64,000 nucleotides of DNA from Acetatifactor sp. Lineage in GTDB: Bacteria; Bacillota; Clostridia; Lachnospirales; Lachnospiraceae. Below the pieces are notes generated by a model, which worked only from the letters and a program-made list of their open reading frames with translations, was not told the origin of the DNA and did not search any database. Of the stretch, positions 18,063 to 28,517 are shown in pieces. The stretch lies in the NCBI GenBank assembly GCA_045615205.1, contig JAZLEI010000021.1, positions 13,511 to 77,510 of the forward strand. The letters run 5' to 3'. A program made the translations under genes and the position numbers. Numbering within the stretch: position 1 is the first letter of the stretch; every line of letters begins with the position of its first letter.

Positions 18063-19364
18063 ATGGCAGATAACGCAAGGGAAATCGTATTGGACACCCT
18101 GCTGGAAATAGAGAGAAATAAAGTGTATTCCAATCAACTGGTTAAAGCAGTTTTGGATAAGTATGATTACTTGGAGAGTCAGGACAAGCGTTTCATAAAA
18201 CGTTTGACAGAGGGATGTATTGAGAGAAGAATAGAATTGGACTATTACCTGAATCAATACGCATCCGTTCCGGTAAATAAGATGAAACCTCTTATACGCT
18301 GTTTGATGCGGATGGGGGTATATCAGATTTTATATATGGATAGCATTCCGGATGCTGCAGCCTGCAATGAAGCAGTGAAGCTGGCGGTGAAGCGAAAGTT
18401 TGTAAATTTGAAAGGCTTTGTAAACGGAGTACTGCGAAAGATTGCTTCTAATAAAGATAGTTTGCCTTTGCCAGATGCAGAGAAGGAACCTTTGCAGTAT
18501 TTATCCGTAGAATATTCCATGCCGGAATGGATTGTGGAAATGTGGCTACAGGAGTATGGGAAGGATGATACGCAGACTATTTTAGAAGGACTTTCTGTTA
18601 TACATCCTGTGAGTGTCCGTTTCCGTACGGATTTGACAGTGGCAGAAAGAGCGACTTATATTCAGGCTTGGGAGCAAATGGGTGCAGTGGTGCAGGAGAG
18701 CACGTTGTTACCTTATGTGTATACTTTGACAGGTGTAGACGGTATCAGTAGTTTGAAGGGTTTTGAGGAAGGTGTCTTTACGGTACAGGATGCAAGCTCT
18801 GCTTGGAGTGTGGAAGCAGCTAAAATAAAAGTTACGGATATTTGTATGGATATCTGTGCTGCACCGGGTGGTAAGACTATGCTGGCAGCAGAGAAGGTTG
18901 CTCAGGTGCTTTCCAGAGATGTGTCAGAGTATAAGGTAGAACTGATACAGGAAAATTGCAGACGTATGCAGATAGAAGAGAAAGTAATCACTGAAGTCTG
19001 GGATGCTACAGTATATGATACAAAGAAGCAGGAATATGCAGATGTGGTACTGATGGATGTGCCTTGCTCCGGTTTGGGTGTAATGGGTAAGAAGCGTGAT
19101 ATTAAATATCATGTAACACCTCAGAGTTTGGAGAGTTTGACACAGCTGCAAAAGCAGATTGTGGAAAGTAGTTGGCAATACGTGAAAAAGGGAGGTATCC
19201 TGCTTTACAGTACCTGTACTATTCATAAAAAAGAGAATCAGGATATGGTAAAGTGGATTTGTGAGAACTTTCCTTTTGATTTAGAGGAAGACAGACAGTT
19301 TTTGCCGGGTTTTGATCAGGCGGATGGTTTTTATTATGCGAGACTTCGCAGAAGAACAGAGTAG
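18063..19364 (+). CDS. rsmB: 16S rRNA (cytosine967-C5)-methyltransferase
   Basis: NusB-like N-domain, SAM site DICAAPGGKT, catalytic Cys motifs DVPCSGLG and YSTCTI. Start set at ATG 18063 (MADNAREIV). Confidence 0.85.
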   Translation: MADNAREIVLDTLLEIERNKVYSNQLVKAVLDKYDYLESQDKRFIKRLTEGCIERRIELDYYLNQYASVPVNKMKPLIRCLMRMGVYQILYMDSIPDAAACNEAVKLAVKRKFVNLKGFVNGVLRKIASNKDSLPLPDAEKEPLQYLSVEYSMPEWIVEMWLQEYGKDDTQTILEGLSVIHPVSVRFRTDLTVAERATYIQAWEQMGAVVQESTLLPYVYTLTGVDGISSLKGFEEGVFTVQDASSAWSVEAAKIKVTDICMDICAAPGGKTMLAAEKVAQVLSRDVSEYKVELIQENCRRMQIEEKVITEVWDATVYDTKKQEYADVVLMDVPCSGLGVMGKKRDIKYHVTPQSLESLTQLQKQIVESSWQYVKKGGILLYSTCTIHKKENQDMVKWICENFPFDLEEDRQFLPGFDQADGFYYARLRRRTE

Positions 19365-19428
19365 TAACAGGCAGATGTATGATGCCGAAGAGCGATAGGA
19401 AATGCTCGGAGGAATACAGGGAGTAAAA

Positions 19429-20493
19429 ATGGATTTATATAATATAGACGGAAAAACAGATATCAAGTCCTTGCGTCTGGAGGAACTGAAGACAGAGTTT
19501 GCTGAGCTTGGAGAAAAAGCATTTCGTGCCAAGCAGACCTATGAATGGATGCATCAGAAGTTAGTGAGAGGCTTTGATGATATGACCAATCTTTCCAAGG
19601 ATTTCAGGGAAAAGTGCAAGGAAAGATATTTCTTTACGGCACTGGAGATTTTGCAGGTACAGGAGTCAAAGTTGGATGGTACCAGAAAGTACTTGTTTCG
19701 ATTACATGACGGCAATGTGGTAGAAAGTGTTTGGATGAAATATAAGCACGGAAACAGTGTGTGTATTTCCTCTCAGGTGGGATGTCGTATGGGCTGTAAA
19801 TTCTGTGCTTCCACTTTGGATGGATTAGCCAGAAATCTGATGCCCTCGGAAATGTTGGAACAAATATATGCCATCAGTGTACATACGGGGGAGAGAGTAT
19901 CCAATGTAGTAGTCATGGGTTCCGGAGAACCGATGGACAATTATGACAATTTATTGCAGTTTTTGAAGCTTCTTACAGATGAAAATGGCTTGCATATCAG
20001 CGCAAGAAATGTTACAGTATCTACTTGTGGTATAGTTCCCAATATGCGCAGACTGGCAAAGGAGCATTTGCAGATTACACTGGCTCTGTCTTTGCATGCC
20101 ACTACGGATGAGAAGCGGAAAAAACTCATGCCTATTGCCAATAAATATTCTATCGAAGAATTGATGGAGGCCTGTGCGTATTATTTTGAACAGACAGGCA
20201 GACGTATTACCTTTGAATATAGTTTGGTAGGCGGTGTGAATGATACAAAAGAGGATGCAGAGGAATTGATTGCTTTGGCAGCTCCGCTAAACTGCCATAT
20301 TAATCTGATACCGGTAAATCCGATTAAAGAAAGGGATTTTGTGCAATCAGATACCACACATATTCAGGCATTTAAGAACAGACTAGAAAGAAATAGGCTC
20401 AATGTTACCATAAGAAGAGAAATGGGAAGGGATATTGACGGCGCTTGCGGTCAGTTGAGACGTTCCTATATGGAGAGCCGTGACGAGCAGTAG
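19429..20493 (+). CDS. rlmN: 23S rRNA/tRNA (adenine-C2)-methyltransferase RlmN
   Basis: Radical SAM motif CRMGCKFC, GSGEP, C-terminal CGQL. Start at ATG 19429 after AGGGAG. Confidence 0.95.
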   Translation: MDLYNIDGKTDIKSLRLEELKTEFAELGEKAFRAKQTYEWMHQKLVRGFDDMTNLSKDFREKCKERYFFTALEILQVQESKLDGTRKYLFRLHDGNVVESVWMKYKHGNSVCISSQVGCRMGCKFCASTLDGLARNLMPSEMLEQIYAISVHTGERVSNVVVMGSGEPMDNYDNLLQFLKLLTDENGLHISARNVTVSTCGIVPNMRRLAKEHLQITLALSLHATTDEKRKKLMPIANKYSIEELMEACAYYFEQTGRRITFEYSLVGGVNDTKEDAEELIALAAPLNCHINLIPVNPIKERDFVQSDTTHIQAFKNRLERNRLNVTIRREMGRDIDGACGQLRRSYMESRDEQ

Positions 20494-20508
20494 CAGGAGG
20501 ACCAGAAG

Positions 20509-21240
20509 TTGTTAAAGACGTTTTCCATTACAGATGTAGGGATGGTACGAAAGATTAATCAGGATTATGTATATACCTCAGAAAAGCCTTTGGGAAATCT
20601 GCCCAATTTATTTTTGGTGGCAGATGGTATGGGCGGACATAAGGCAGGGGATTATGCATCCCGTTGTGCGGTTGAAACCATTTGCGAGGTGGTTGAAAAG
20701 TCCTTGGAAAAGGAACCGGTGATTATTTTACAAAAGGCAATTGAAGCTGCCAATGAACAGATTTATCAAATGTCAAAGGTAGATGAAAAATATGAGGGTA
20801 TGGGAACCACGGTTGTGGCGGCTGCGTTGTTTGGAAACAGTTTGCAGGTTGCCAATGTGGGGGATAGCAGACTGTATGTAGTAGGTAATACCATAAAGCA
20901 AATTACCAGAGACCATTCCTGGGTGGCAGAAATGGTGCGTTTGGGTGAGATGGACAGTGATATGGCAAAGAACCATGCCAAGAAGAATATTATTACCAGA
21001 GCCGTAGGAGCCGGTCAAAAGATAGAAATTGATTTTTTCTCGCTGGATTTGGCAGAAGGAGAAAGTGTACTGATGTGTTCGGATGGATTGACGAATATGT
21101 TAGAGGATGAAGAGATACGAATGATTATGCAAGGTCAGCGAGATGTTGTGGAAAGGGTACAAGCACTGGTGGAGGAAGCAAACAAGCGCGGAGGAATGGA
21201 TAATATATCCGTAGTTTTGATTGAGGCGATAACACAGTAA
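20509..21240 (+). CDS. prpC: PP2C-family Ser/Thr phosphatase
   Basis: Motifs ADGMGGH, GDSRLY and SDGLTN. Directly precedes the PASTA kinase. TTG start after GGAGGA. Confidence 0.9.
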   Translation: MLKTFSITDVGMVRKINQDYVYTSEKPLGNLPNLFLVADGMGGHKAGDYASRCAVETICEVVEKSLEKEPVIILQKAIEAANEQIYQMSKVDEKYEGMGTTVVAAALFGNSLQVANVGDSRLYVVGNTIKQITRDHSWVAEMVRLGEMDSDMAKNHAKKNIITRAVGAGQKIEIDFFSLDLAEGESVLMCSDGLTNMLEDEEIRMIMQGQRDVVERVQALVEEANKRGGMDNISVVLIEAITQ

Positions 21241-21246
21241 CAGGGA

Positions 21247-23412
21247 ATGGAGAGTAGTATGATAAAAAACGGGATGATAATTGGAGACCGTTACGAGATT
21301 TTAGATAAAATCGGAACGGGCGGTATGTCAGATGTTTATAAAGCAAAATGTCATAAGCTGAACCGTTTTGTGGCTGTGAAGGTGTTAAAGCAGGAGTTCA
21401 GTGAAAATGCAAATTTTGTTTCAAAGTTTCGGATTGAGGCACAGGCGGCAGCAGGTCTGATGCATCCGAATATTGTAAATGTGTACGATGTAGGGGAAGA
21501 AAACGGAATTTACTATATTGTAATGGAATTAGTTGAAGGAATTACCCTCAAAAAGTATATTGAAAAAAAGGTGATTTTGACCTATAAGGAAGCAGTAAGT
21601 ATTGCCATACAGATAAGTATGGGGATTGAGGCTGCACATAACAATCACATTATTCATAGAGATATTAAGCCACAGAATATTATTATTTCTAAGGATGGCA
21701 AGGTAAAGGTAACCGATTTCGGTATTGCGAAGGCAGCTACCAGCAATACCATTACTTCCAATGTAATGGGGTCTGTGCATTATACCTCACCGGAGCAGGC
21801 GAGAGGTGGATACAGTGATGAAAAGAGTGATGTGTATTCTTTAGGAATCACCATGTTCGAGATGCTGACCGGACGGGTGCCTTTTAATGGGGAGACTACA
21901 GTGGCCATCGCTATCAAACATATTCAGGAAGAAATGATACCACTGCGGGAAATCGTTGCAGATGTACCTGCCAGTGTTGAGAGTATTGTTTTGAAATGCT
22001 GTCAGAAATCACCGGACAGAAGATATCAGAATATGCAGGAACTGATTAGTGACCTGAAGCAATCGTTGATGAATCCGGAGGTGGATTTTGTAGTAACACA
22101 GAATCCGGATATGGAGGGCGGTACCCGTACGGTTTCGGAAGAAGAAAGAGAACTGATTAAGCGTGGTACTATGAGTCACGAGACCTATGAAGAACCGATC
22201 ATGCGCTTGAAACCACAAAAGGGAAAGGCACCAAAGGGAAGAAGTTATCAGTCCCATATAATGGATATGGAGGATGATTTCGAGGATGAAGATCCCAGAA
22301 TGGAAAGAGTGACGACGGCTCTTGCTATTATAGCGGGAATTATTATTTGCATCATTATATTAGTGTTATTGGGTAAGATTTTCGGTTTTTTCAATAGTAA
22401 TAATACCGGAAATAAAATTGATTCTACTGAAAATGTAACAGCCAGTCCGGAACCGATTATTCAGGGGGATGATTTACAGGAAGAGAACCGGATGATAGAG
22501 GTCAGCGGCTGGAAGTTTGAGGATGCGAAAAGTGCATTGGAGCGTATGGACCTGGTGGTGGAAGCCGCTTATGTGGAATCAGCCAATTATGCAGAAGGTA
22601 CTGTTGTGAGTGCCAGCATCGTAGAAGGAGAACTTGTAGAGGCCGGGAAGACTGTAGTTTTGACAGTCAGTTCCGGTGTCAAAGGTGTGAGAGTGCCGGA
22701 CGTGAGAAAGGATACCTATGAGGTGGCCTATTCTGAGCTGAAGAATGCAGGGTTTAAAGTCAAACGTGTAGAAGCTTATTCTGATAATGTGACAAAGGGA
22801 AAAGTCATGAGTCAGAAACCGGGAGCCGGAGAAACGGTGCCAAAAGGCAGTGAAATAACAGTTACTGTGAGTATCGGAAAAGAAGGCAGTCAGAAGGAAG
22901 TGCCTAATGTATTGGGACAGGATGAGATGACTGCAACTGCAAAGATTGTAGAAGCAGGATTTTATGTAAAGGCTACTTCATATGCATATAATAGTCAGTA
23001 TCCAGAAGGACAGGTTTGTTTCCAAAGCTATTCTCAGGGAACCTATTTGGAAGCCGGGAAAGGAATTGAAATTATCGTCAGTAAAGGTCCCGCAGGTGCT
23101 ACCTATAAATGCAACACCGGAATTGAAGCACCTACTCTGGCAGAAGCACCGGATTATGTAGTGGGTACAGAGGTGAGACTGACCATGGTTTCGGATGATG
23201 GTAAGATTATATTTGATACTACTACCACAGCGTTCCCATTGGCAGCGAATCATTATGGTATTACTGCGTCTGCAGGAACCATTATGTTTTCTTACACAGT
23301 GATGGTAGGTGGTTATACCACAACCGACCCAATCAGCGGAGCTACGGTAAATGTGCCGGGAACACCTGAAGTAAGAACATTTGAACGAAGAATTGAATTT
23401 GTAAAGGAATAA
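21247..23412 (+). CDS. prkC: Ser/Thr protein kinase with extracellular PASTA repeats
   Basis: Motifs GTGGMSDVY, VAVK, HRDIKPQN, DFG and SPEQ. A single TM helix is followed by repeated PASTA-like modules. Confidence 0.9.
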   Translation: MESSMIKNGMIIGDRYEILDKIGTGGMSDVYKAKCHKLNRFVAVKVLKQEFSENANFVSKFRIEAQAAAGLMHPNIVNVYDVGEENGIYYIVMELVEGITLKKYIEKKVILTYKEAVSIAIQISMGIEAAHNNHIIHRDIKPQNIIISKDGKVKVTDFGIAKAATSNTITSNVMGSVHYTSPEQARGGYSDEKSDVYSLGITMFEMLTGRVPFNGETTVAIAIKHIQEEMIPLREIVADVPASVESIVLKCCQKSPDRRYQNMQELISDLKQSLMNPEVDFVVTQNPDMEGGTRTVSEEERELIKRGTMSHETYEEPIMRLKPQKGKAPKGRSYQSHIMDMEDDFEDEDPRMERVTTALAIIAGIIICIIILVLLGKIFGFFNSNNTGNKIDSTENVTASPEPIIQGDDLQEENRMIEVSGWKFEDAKSALERMDLVVEAAYVESANYAEGTVVSASIVEGELVEAGKTVVLTVSSGVKGVRVPDVRKDTYEVAYSELKNAGFKVKRVEAYSDNVTKGKVMSQKPGAGETVPKGSEITVTVSIGKEGSQKEVPNVLGQDEMTATAKIVEAGFYVKATSYAYNSQYPEGQVCFQSYSQGTYLEAGKGIEIIVSKGPAGATYKCNTGIEAPTLAEAPDYVVGTEVRLTMVSDDGKIIFDTTTTAFPLAANHYGITASAGTIMFSYTVMVGGYTTTDPISGATVNVPGTPEVRTFERRIEFVKE

Positions 23413-23420
23413 TCATAAGG

Positions 23421-24308
23421 ATGAAGAGCATGCAGGGAAAAATCATAAAGGGTATTGCCGGATTTTATTATGTGCATATTCCGGGCAAGGGTGTTTATGA
23501 ATGCAAAGCTAAGGGTGTATTTCGAAAAGACAAACAAAAACCCCTGGTAGGGGATGATGTGGAAATACAGATTTTGAAGGAAGAGGAAAGGAAGGGCAAT
23601 ATCGAGGCAATTTTGCCGAGAAAGAGTGAATTGATCCGCCCGGCGGTGGCGAATATCGATCAGGCATTGGTGATTTTTTCTATTGTGAAGCCTCAGCCGA
23701 ACTTTAATCTGTTAGATCGCTTTTTGATTATGATGGAGCAGCAGGGAATTCCCTGTATCATTTGCTTTAATAAGGCAGATATTGATGAAGACAACGAAGG
23801 AAAGGCTTATGAGGCAATTTATCAGGCCTGCGGATATCAGACACTGAAAATCAGTGCCAGACAAAGGCAGGGAGTAGAGGCTGTGAAGCAGCTTCTTTAT
23901 GGTAAAACCACTACGGTGGCAGGACCAAGCGGGGTTGGAAAGTCTTCTTTGGTGAATGAACTGCAGAGTGGTGTGCAGATGGAAACCGGAGATATCAGTA
24001 CTAAGATAGAACGAGGAAAGCATACCACCAGGCATTCAGAGTTGATAGCCATCGGTGAGGAGACTTATATTCTGGATACGCCGGGCTTTAGTTCCTTAGG
24101 GCTTTTTGATATGGAGAAGGAGGACTTGGCAGGTTACTATCCGGAGTTCGCAAAGCATGAATGTTACTGCAAATTCGGTGGTTGTGCCCACATCAGTGAG
24201 CCGGTCTGCGGTATCAAAGAAGCCGTATCAGATGGGGAAATTAGTGCTTTACGTTATGAGAATTATAAGCTATTATATGAAGAGTTGAAGGAAAGAAAGA
24301 AATATTAA
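23421..24308 (+). CDS. rsgA: Ribosome small-subunit-dependent GTPase A
   Basis: Circularly permuted GTPase (NKAD, GPSGVGKSS, DTPG) and a C-terminal zinc knuckle CKFGGCAHISEPVC. Confidence 0.9.
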   Translation: MKSMQGKIIKGIAGFYYVHIPGKGVYECKAKGVFRKDKQKPLVGDDVEIQILKEEERKGNIEAILPRKSELIRPAVANIDQALVIFSIVKPQPNFNLLDRFLIMMEQQGIPCIICFNKADIDEDNEGKAYEAIYQACGYQTLKISARQRQGVEAVKQLLYGKTTTVAGPSGVGKSSLVNELQSGVQMETGDISTKIERGKHTTRHSELIAIGEETYILDTPGFSSLGLFDMEKEDLAGYYPEFAKHECYCKFGGCAHISEPVCGIKEAVSDGEISALRYENYKLLYEELKERKKY

Positions 24309-24326
24309 CATAAACGGAGGATGATT

Positions 24327-25424
24327 ATGAAACTGGGAATCGTAGGTTTACCCAATGTGGGAAAAAGTACATTATTTAATTCATTGACCAAGGCAGGTGC
24401 AGAGTCTGCGAACTATCCATTCTGTACCATTGACCCGAATATCGGTATCGTAGCAGTGCCGGACGAAAGATTGAAGCTGCTTAGTGATATGTATCAGTCC
24501 AAGAAAGTAACACCGGCTGTGATTGAATTCGTAGATATTGCAGGTCTGGTAAAGGGGGCATCCAAGGGAGAAGGTCTGGGTAACCAGTTCTTGAGTAATA
24601 TTCGTGAAGTGGATGCCATCGTACATGTGGTACGTTGCTTCGAGGATACCAATGTTATCCATGTAGATGGTAATATTAATCCTATGAGAGATATTGAAAC
24701 CATTAACTTTGAATTAATCTTCTCTGATTTAGAGATATTGGAGAGAAGATATGCAAAGGTTGCCAAGCAGGCGAGAATGGATAAGACCCTGGCAAAAGAA
24801 GTAACTTTAATTGAGAAGCTGAAGGATCATTTGGAAAGTGGTAAGATGGCTAAGAGCCTGGAAACAGAGGATGAAGACGAAGCAGAAATTCTTCGCTCTT
24901 ATAATCTGTTGACCTATAAGCCGGTGATTTATGCGGCGAATGTGGCAGAGGATGAACTGGCTAACGATGGTGCAGACAATGCCGGAGTACAGACGGTAAG
25001 AGAGTTTGCAGCAACAGAGGGTAGCGAAGTATTTGTCATCTGTGCGCAGATTGAGCAGGAGATTTCTGAACTGGATGATGATGAAAAAGCGATGTTCTTA
25101 GAGGATTTGGGACTGGAAGAGTCCGGTCTGGAGAAGATGATTAAGGCCAGCTACAAGCTGCTTGGTCTCATGAGCTTTTTGACAGCAGGAGAGGATGAAA
25201 CCCGCGCATGGACTATTAAGATAGGTACCAAGGCTCCTCAGGCAGCAGGTAAAATTCATTCTGACTTTGAAAGAGGATTTATTAAAGCTGAGGTAGTAAA
25301 TTACAAGGACTTGCTGGAGCAGGGGTCCCTGGCTGCTGCCAGAGAAAAAGGTCTGGTAGGTATGGAAGGCAAGGAATATGTGGTAAAGGATGGCGATGTC
25401 ATTCTGTTCCGTTTTAATGTATAG
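24327..25424 (+). CDS. ychF: Ribosome-binding ATPase YchF
   Basis: P-loop GLPNVGKST, NxxE-type G4 region, TGS-like C-terminus. ATG 24327 lies 6 nt after GGAGG. Confidence 0.95.
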   Translation: MKLGIVGLPNVGKSTLFNSLTKAGAESANYPFCTIDPNIGIVAVPDERLKLLSDMYQSKKVTPAVIEFVDIAGLVKGASKGEGLGNQFLSNIREVDAIVHVVRCFEDTNVIHVDGNINPMRDIETINFELIFSDLEILERRYAKVAKQARMDKTLAKEVTLIEKLKDHLESGKMAKSLETEDEDEAEILRSYNLLTYKPVIYAANVAEDELANDGADNAGVQTVREFAATEGSEVFVICAQIEQEISELDDDEKAMFLEDLGLEESGLEKMIKASYKLLGLMSFLTAGEDETRAWTIKIGTKAPQAAGKIHSDFERGFIKAEVVNYKDLLEQGSLAAAREKGLVGMEGKEYVVKDGDVILFRFNV

Positions 25425-25510
25425 GTATAAAGGTATCATCCTTATCCGGCGGTAATTGACAGATGTTGACGACAACGGAAGCATTGCATAAGGATGCGGA
25501 AAGGAAATGT

Positions 25511-26401
25511 ATGCAAGATGTAATGAATTCTACAGATATAGCTTTTCCTAATCTGGGAATATATCTGGAAAATGTGCCTAAGGGCTTTTATATTGGTGGC
25601 TTTTATATTGCCTTGTACGGACTGATCATTGGTATCGGTGTGATGGCAGGCATTGCCATGGCAGCGCATGCGGCGAAGGTGTCGGGAAAGAACCCGGATG
25701 ATATTTGGGACTTTGCCATCTATGCAGTGATTTTTTCCGTGCTGGGAGCCCGTATTTATTATGTAATATTCTCCTGGGACAGCTATAAAAATGATTTGTT
25801 AAGTGTTTTCAATCTCCGACAGGGTGGGCTGGCGATTTATGGTGCAGTCATCGGGGCCTTCGTCACCTTGTTTGTGTATAGTAGGTTAAAAAAGAAAAGT
25901 CCCTTCTGGATAGGAGATTGTGGTGTAATGGGCCTGATTTTGGGACAAATCATCGGAAGATGGGGCAATTTCTTCAATCGAGAGGTGTTTGGAGAATATA
26001 CGGACAATTTGTTTGCTATGCGTATTCCGGTAAGTGCCGTTCGAGACAGAAGTGACATTACCGCTAATATAGAGGCACATATGACGGCAAATGTGAACTA
26101 TATTCAGGTACACCCTACCTTTTTATATGAAAGTGGGTTGAATTTGTTGCTTTTGATTTTCATGTTGATTTATCAGAAGCATAAGAAGTTTCAGGGAGAA
26201 ATTTGTTTGTTGTATCTGGGAGGATATGGTATCATCCGCTTCTTTGTGGAGGGGATTCGAACGGACCAGCTGAAATTTGCAGGAACCAATATAGCAGTAT
26301 CCCAGATGCTGGGCTTGATTATGTTCGTAACAGCCATGGCAGCGGATGTGGGTATTCGGATTTGTTTAAATAAGAGAAAAAAGAGTAAAATCAATAATTA
26401 G
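25511..26401 (+). CDS. lgt: Prolipoprotein diacylglyceryl transferase
   Basis: Polytopic membrane protein with the GRWGNFFNRE motif. Start is uncertain (25463, 25511 or 25523). Confidence 0.85.
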   Translation: MQDVMNSTDIAFPNLGIYLENVPKGFYIGGFYIALYGLIIGIGVMAGIAMAAHAAKVSGKNPDDIWDFAIYAVIFSVLGARIYYVIFSWDSYKNDLLSVFNLRQGGLAIYGAVIGAFVTLFVYSRLKKKSPFWIGDCGVMGLILGQIIGRWGNFFNREVFGEYTDNLFAMRIPVSAVRDRSDITANIEAHMTANVNYIQVHPTFLYESGLNLLLLIFMLIYQKHKKFQGEICLLYLGGYGIIRFFVEGIRTDQLKFAGTNIAVSQMLGLIMFVTAMAADVGIRICLNKRKKSKINN

Positions 26402-26439
26402 TGGTGGAAATACAACCCACCACAAGATGTGGGAAAGTG

Positions 26440-26474
26440 ACGCTTCGTCGAAAGACGAGGCGTTATTTTTTTTT
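26440..26474 (+). terminator. Intrinsic terminator after lgt
   Basis: Stem ACGCTTCGTC / GACGAGGCGT (one G-U pair), GAAA loop, then TATTTTTTTTT. Confidence 0.8.
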
Positions 26475-26504
26475 AGAATTTGTTAAGAAATGCTATAAAT
26501 TCTA

Positions 26505-26533
26505 TTGCAAAAAGTGATTTTTTAGTATAGAAT
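26505..26533 (+). promoter_or_regulatory. Candidate sigmaA promoter of the mraZ (dcw) operon
   Basis: TTGCAA - 17 nt - TAGAAT, about 100 nt upstream of mraZ. Confidence 0.5.
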
Positions 26534-26534
26534 T

Positions 26535-26589
26535 GTGTTATCTAGTGGGAAAAAAGGACAAAAAGTGCAATTTGGTGTTAAAAAGTGGT
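26535..26589 (+). promoter_or_regulatory. Phased GTG-box array (candidate MraZ operator)
   Basis: GTGTT, GTGGG, GTGCA, GTGTT and GTGGT start at 26535, 26545, 26565, 26575 and 26585, an exact 10-nt phase. Several are preceded by AAAA. The array lies immediately downstream of the candidate -10. Confidence 0.55.
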
Positions 26590-26630
26590 AAATCAACTTT
26601 TTGCTTTACTCCCGAAGGTGGTGATTGCAG

Positions 26631-27065
26631 ATGTTTGAAGGTCAATACAATCATACAATTGATGTGAAAGGCAGGTTGAGTATTCCCGCAAAATTCAGAG
26701 AACAGTTAGGCGATGAATTTTATGTAACAAGAGGAATGGATGGCTGCTTATTTGTGTATGACAATGAAAACTGGATTGCCTTTGAAAAAAGTCTGATGTC
26801 ACTTCCGAAATTTAACAGTAAGGATCTTAGAAACCTGAGACGTATCTTTATTTCCGGTGCTGCCTGCGTAGAGGTGGACAAGCAGGGACGTATCCTAATA
26901 CCGGCGGCACTTCGCGAGAGTGCAGGTCTGGAAAAGGATGTTGTACTGGCAGGTGTAGGTGACTGTATTGAAATCTGGAGTCAGGAGAGATGGGATGGCT
27001 TGGATTTGAATACGGACAACGATAATATTTCGGATGCAATGGAACGTCTGGGTATCACAATGTAA
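26631..27065 (+). CDS. mraZ: Transcriptional regulator MraZ
   Basis: Two SpoVT/AbrB-type repeats with DxxGRxxxP (DVKGRLSIPAKFR, DKQGRILIPAALR). Confidence 0.9.
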   Translation: MFEGQYNHTIDVKGRLSIPAKFREQLGDEFYVTRGMDGCLFVYDNENWIAFEKSLMSLPKFNSKDLRNLRRIFISGAACVEVDKQGRILIPAALRESAGLEKDVVLAGVGDCIEIWSQERWDGLDLNTDNDNISDAMERLGITM

Positions 27066-27074
27066 GGAGAAGAC

Positions 27075-28004
27075 ATGGAGTTTAATCACTATTCCGTTCT
27101 GTTAGAGGAAACCATTGAAAATTTGAATATAAAGCCGGATGGTATCTATGTAGACGGAACATTGGGTGGTGGCGGACATGCCTTTGAGGTGTGTAAAAAG
27201 CTGACGAATGGTCACTTCTATGGAATTGACCAGGATGATGCCGCAATCGCTGCAGCGGGTGAGAGACTGGCCGTGTATGGAGATAAAGTAACCATAATCC
27301 GTAACAATTACTGTAATGCAAAGGTAGCTTTGCTGGAACAGGGAATAGAAAAAGTAGACGGTATTGTGCTGGATTTAGGAGTTTCTTCCTATCAGTTAGA
27401 TACGAAAGAACGTGGTTTTTCCTATCGCTTTGATGCAGATTTGGATATGAGAATGGACCGCAGACAGAGCCTGACAGCCAAGGATATTGTAAACGGTTAT
27501 TCCGAGATGGAGCTGTTTCGTATCATAAGAGACTATGGTGAAGATAATTTTGCCAAGAACATTGCCAAGCATATTGTTAAGGCAAGACAGGGGAAAGAGA
27601 TACAGACTACCGGAGAGTTGAATGAAATCATCAAAGCAGCTATACCGGCGAAGATGCGACAGAATGGCCATCCTTCTAAGAAAACCTTTCAAGCAATCCG
27701 CATTGAGTGTAATCGTGAACTGGAAGTGTTGAAAAATGCATTGGATGATTTAATAGACCTATTGAATCCGGGAGGAAGACTTTGTATTATCACATTCCAT
27801 TCCCTGGAAGACAGAATTGTAAAAACAGCTTTTAAAAATAAAGAAAACCCTTGTATTTGCCCACCGGAATTCCCTGTATGTGTATGTGGTAAGGTTCCTG
27901 AGGGAAAAGTGGTTACCAAGAAGCCCATCCTTCCGAGTGAGGAGGAGTTGGAGGTCAATAGTCGTTCCAAGAGTGCGAAGCTGAGGGTTTTTGAGAAGAA
28001 ATAA
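27075..28004 (+). CDS. rsmH: 16S rRNA (cytosine1402-N4)-methyltransferase
   Basis: Motifs GGGGHA, DLGVSS and ITFHSLEDR. Confidence 0.95.
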   Translation: MEFNHYSVLLEETIENLNIKPDGIYVDGTLGGGGHAFEVCKKLTNGHFYGIDQDDAAIAAAGERLAVYGDKVTIIRNNYCNAKVALLEQGIEKVDGIVLDLGVSSYQLDTKERGFSYRFDADLDMRMDRRQSLTAKDIVNGYSEMELFRIIRDYGEDNFAKNIAKHIVKARQGKEIQTTGELNEIIKAAIPAKMRQNGHPSKKTFQAIRIECNRELEVLKNALDDLIDLLNPGGRLCIITFHSLEDRIVKTAFKNKENPCICPPEFPVCVCGKVPEGKVVTKKPILPSEEELEVNSRSKSAKLRVFEKK

Positions 28005-28023
28005 GTATTGAGAGGAAGTAGTA

Positions 28024-28509
28024 ATGGCACGCAGAAATGAAATGCAAACGCGCAGAACCAATAGAAGTAAATATGAAAATAACGCATATGTATATGGAAA
28101 TACCGTCAGAAAGGTAGAACCGCAAAGAAGAATTGAGGAGCAACAGCCCAAGAAGCTGAGCCGTCAGACCAGAAAGAACAGAGAAAAGGCAAAGCATATG
28201 AGTTTGGGCTATATTGTTTTTCTGGTAGCAGCTTTTTCAGTGGCAGGTATGATTTTGATTAATTATATTAAGCTGAATGCAGAGATTATTACCTTGAACG
28301 AGTATATTGCCGGTCAGGAAAAGACTTTGAATGAAATGCGTATTGATAATGCGGAAGCAAAGACCAGAATTGATAGCTCAATTGATTACGAAGAGATTAA
28401 GAGGGTTGCTATTCAAGAATTGGGCATGACATACCCGGTAGAAGGTCAGATTGTGGCCTATGAGGGTGTGGCTTATGACTATGTTCGTAAGGTGGCAGAT
28501 AGTAACTAA
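28024..28509 (+). CDS. FtsL-like cell-division protein
   Basis: Basic N-terminus, single TM helix and coiled-coil segment. Occupies the canonical position between rsmH and a class B PBP. Confidence 0.6.
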   Translation: MARRNEMQTRRTNRSKYENNAYVYGNTVRKVEPQRRIEEQQPKKLSRQTRKNREKAKHMSLGYIVFLVAAFSVAGMILINYIKLNAEIITLNEYIAGQEKTLNEMRIDNAEAKTRIDSSIDYEEIKRVAIQELGMTYPVEGQIVAYEGVAYDYVRKVADSN

Positions 28510-28517
28510 GGTCTGGA

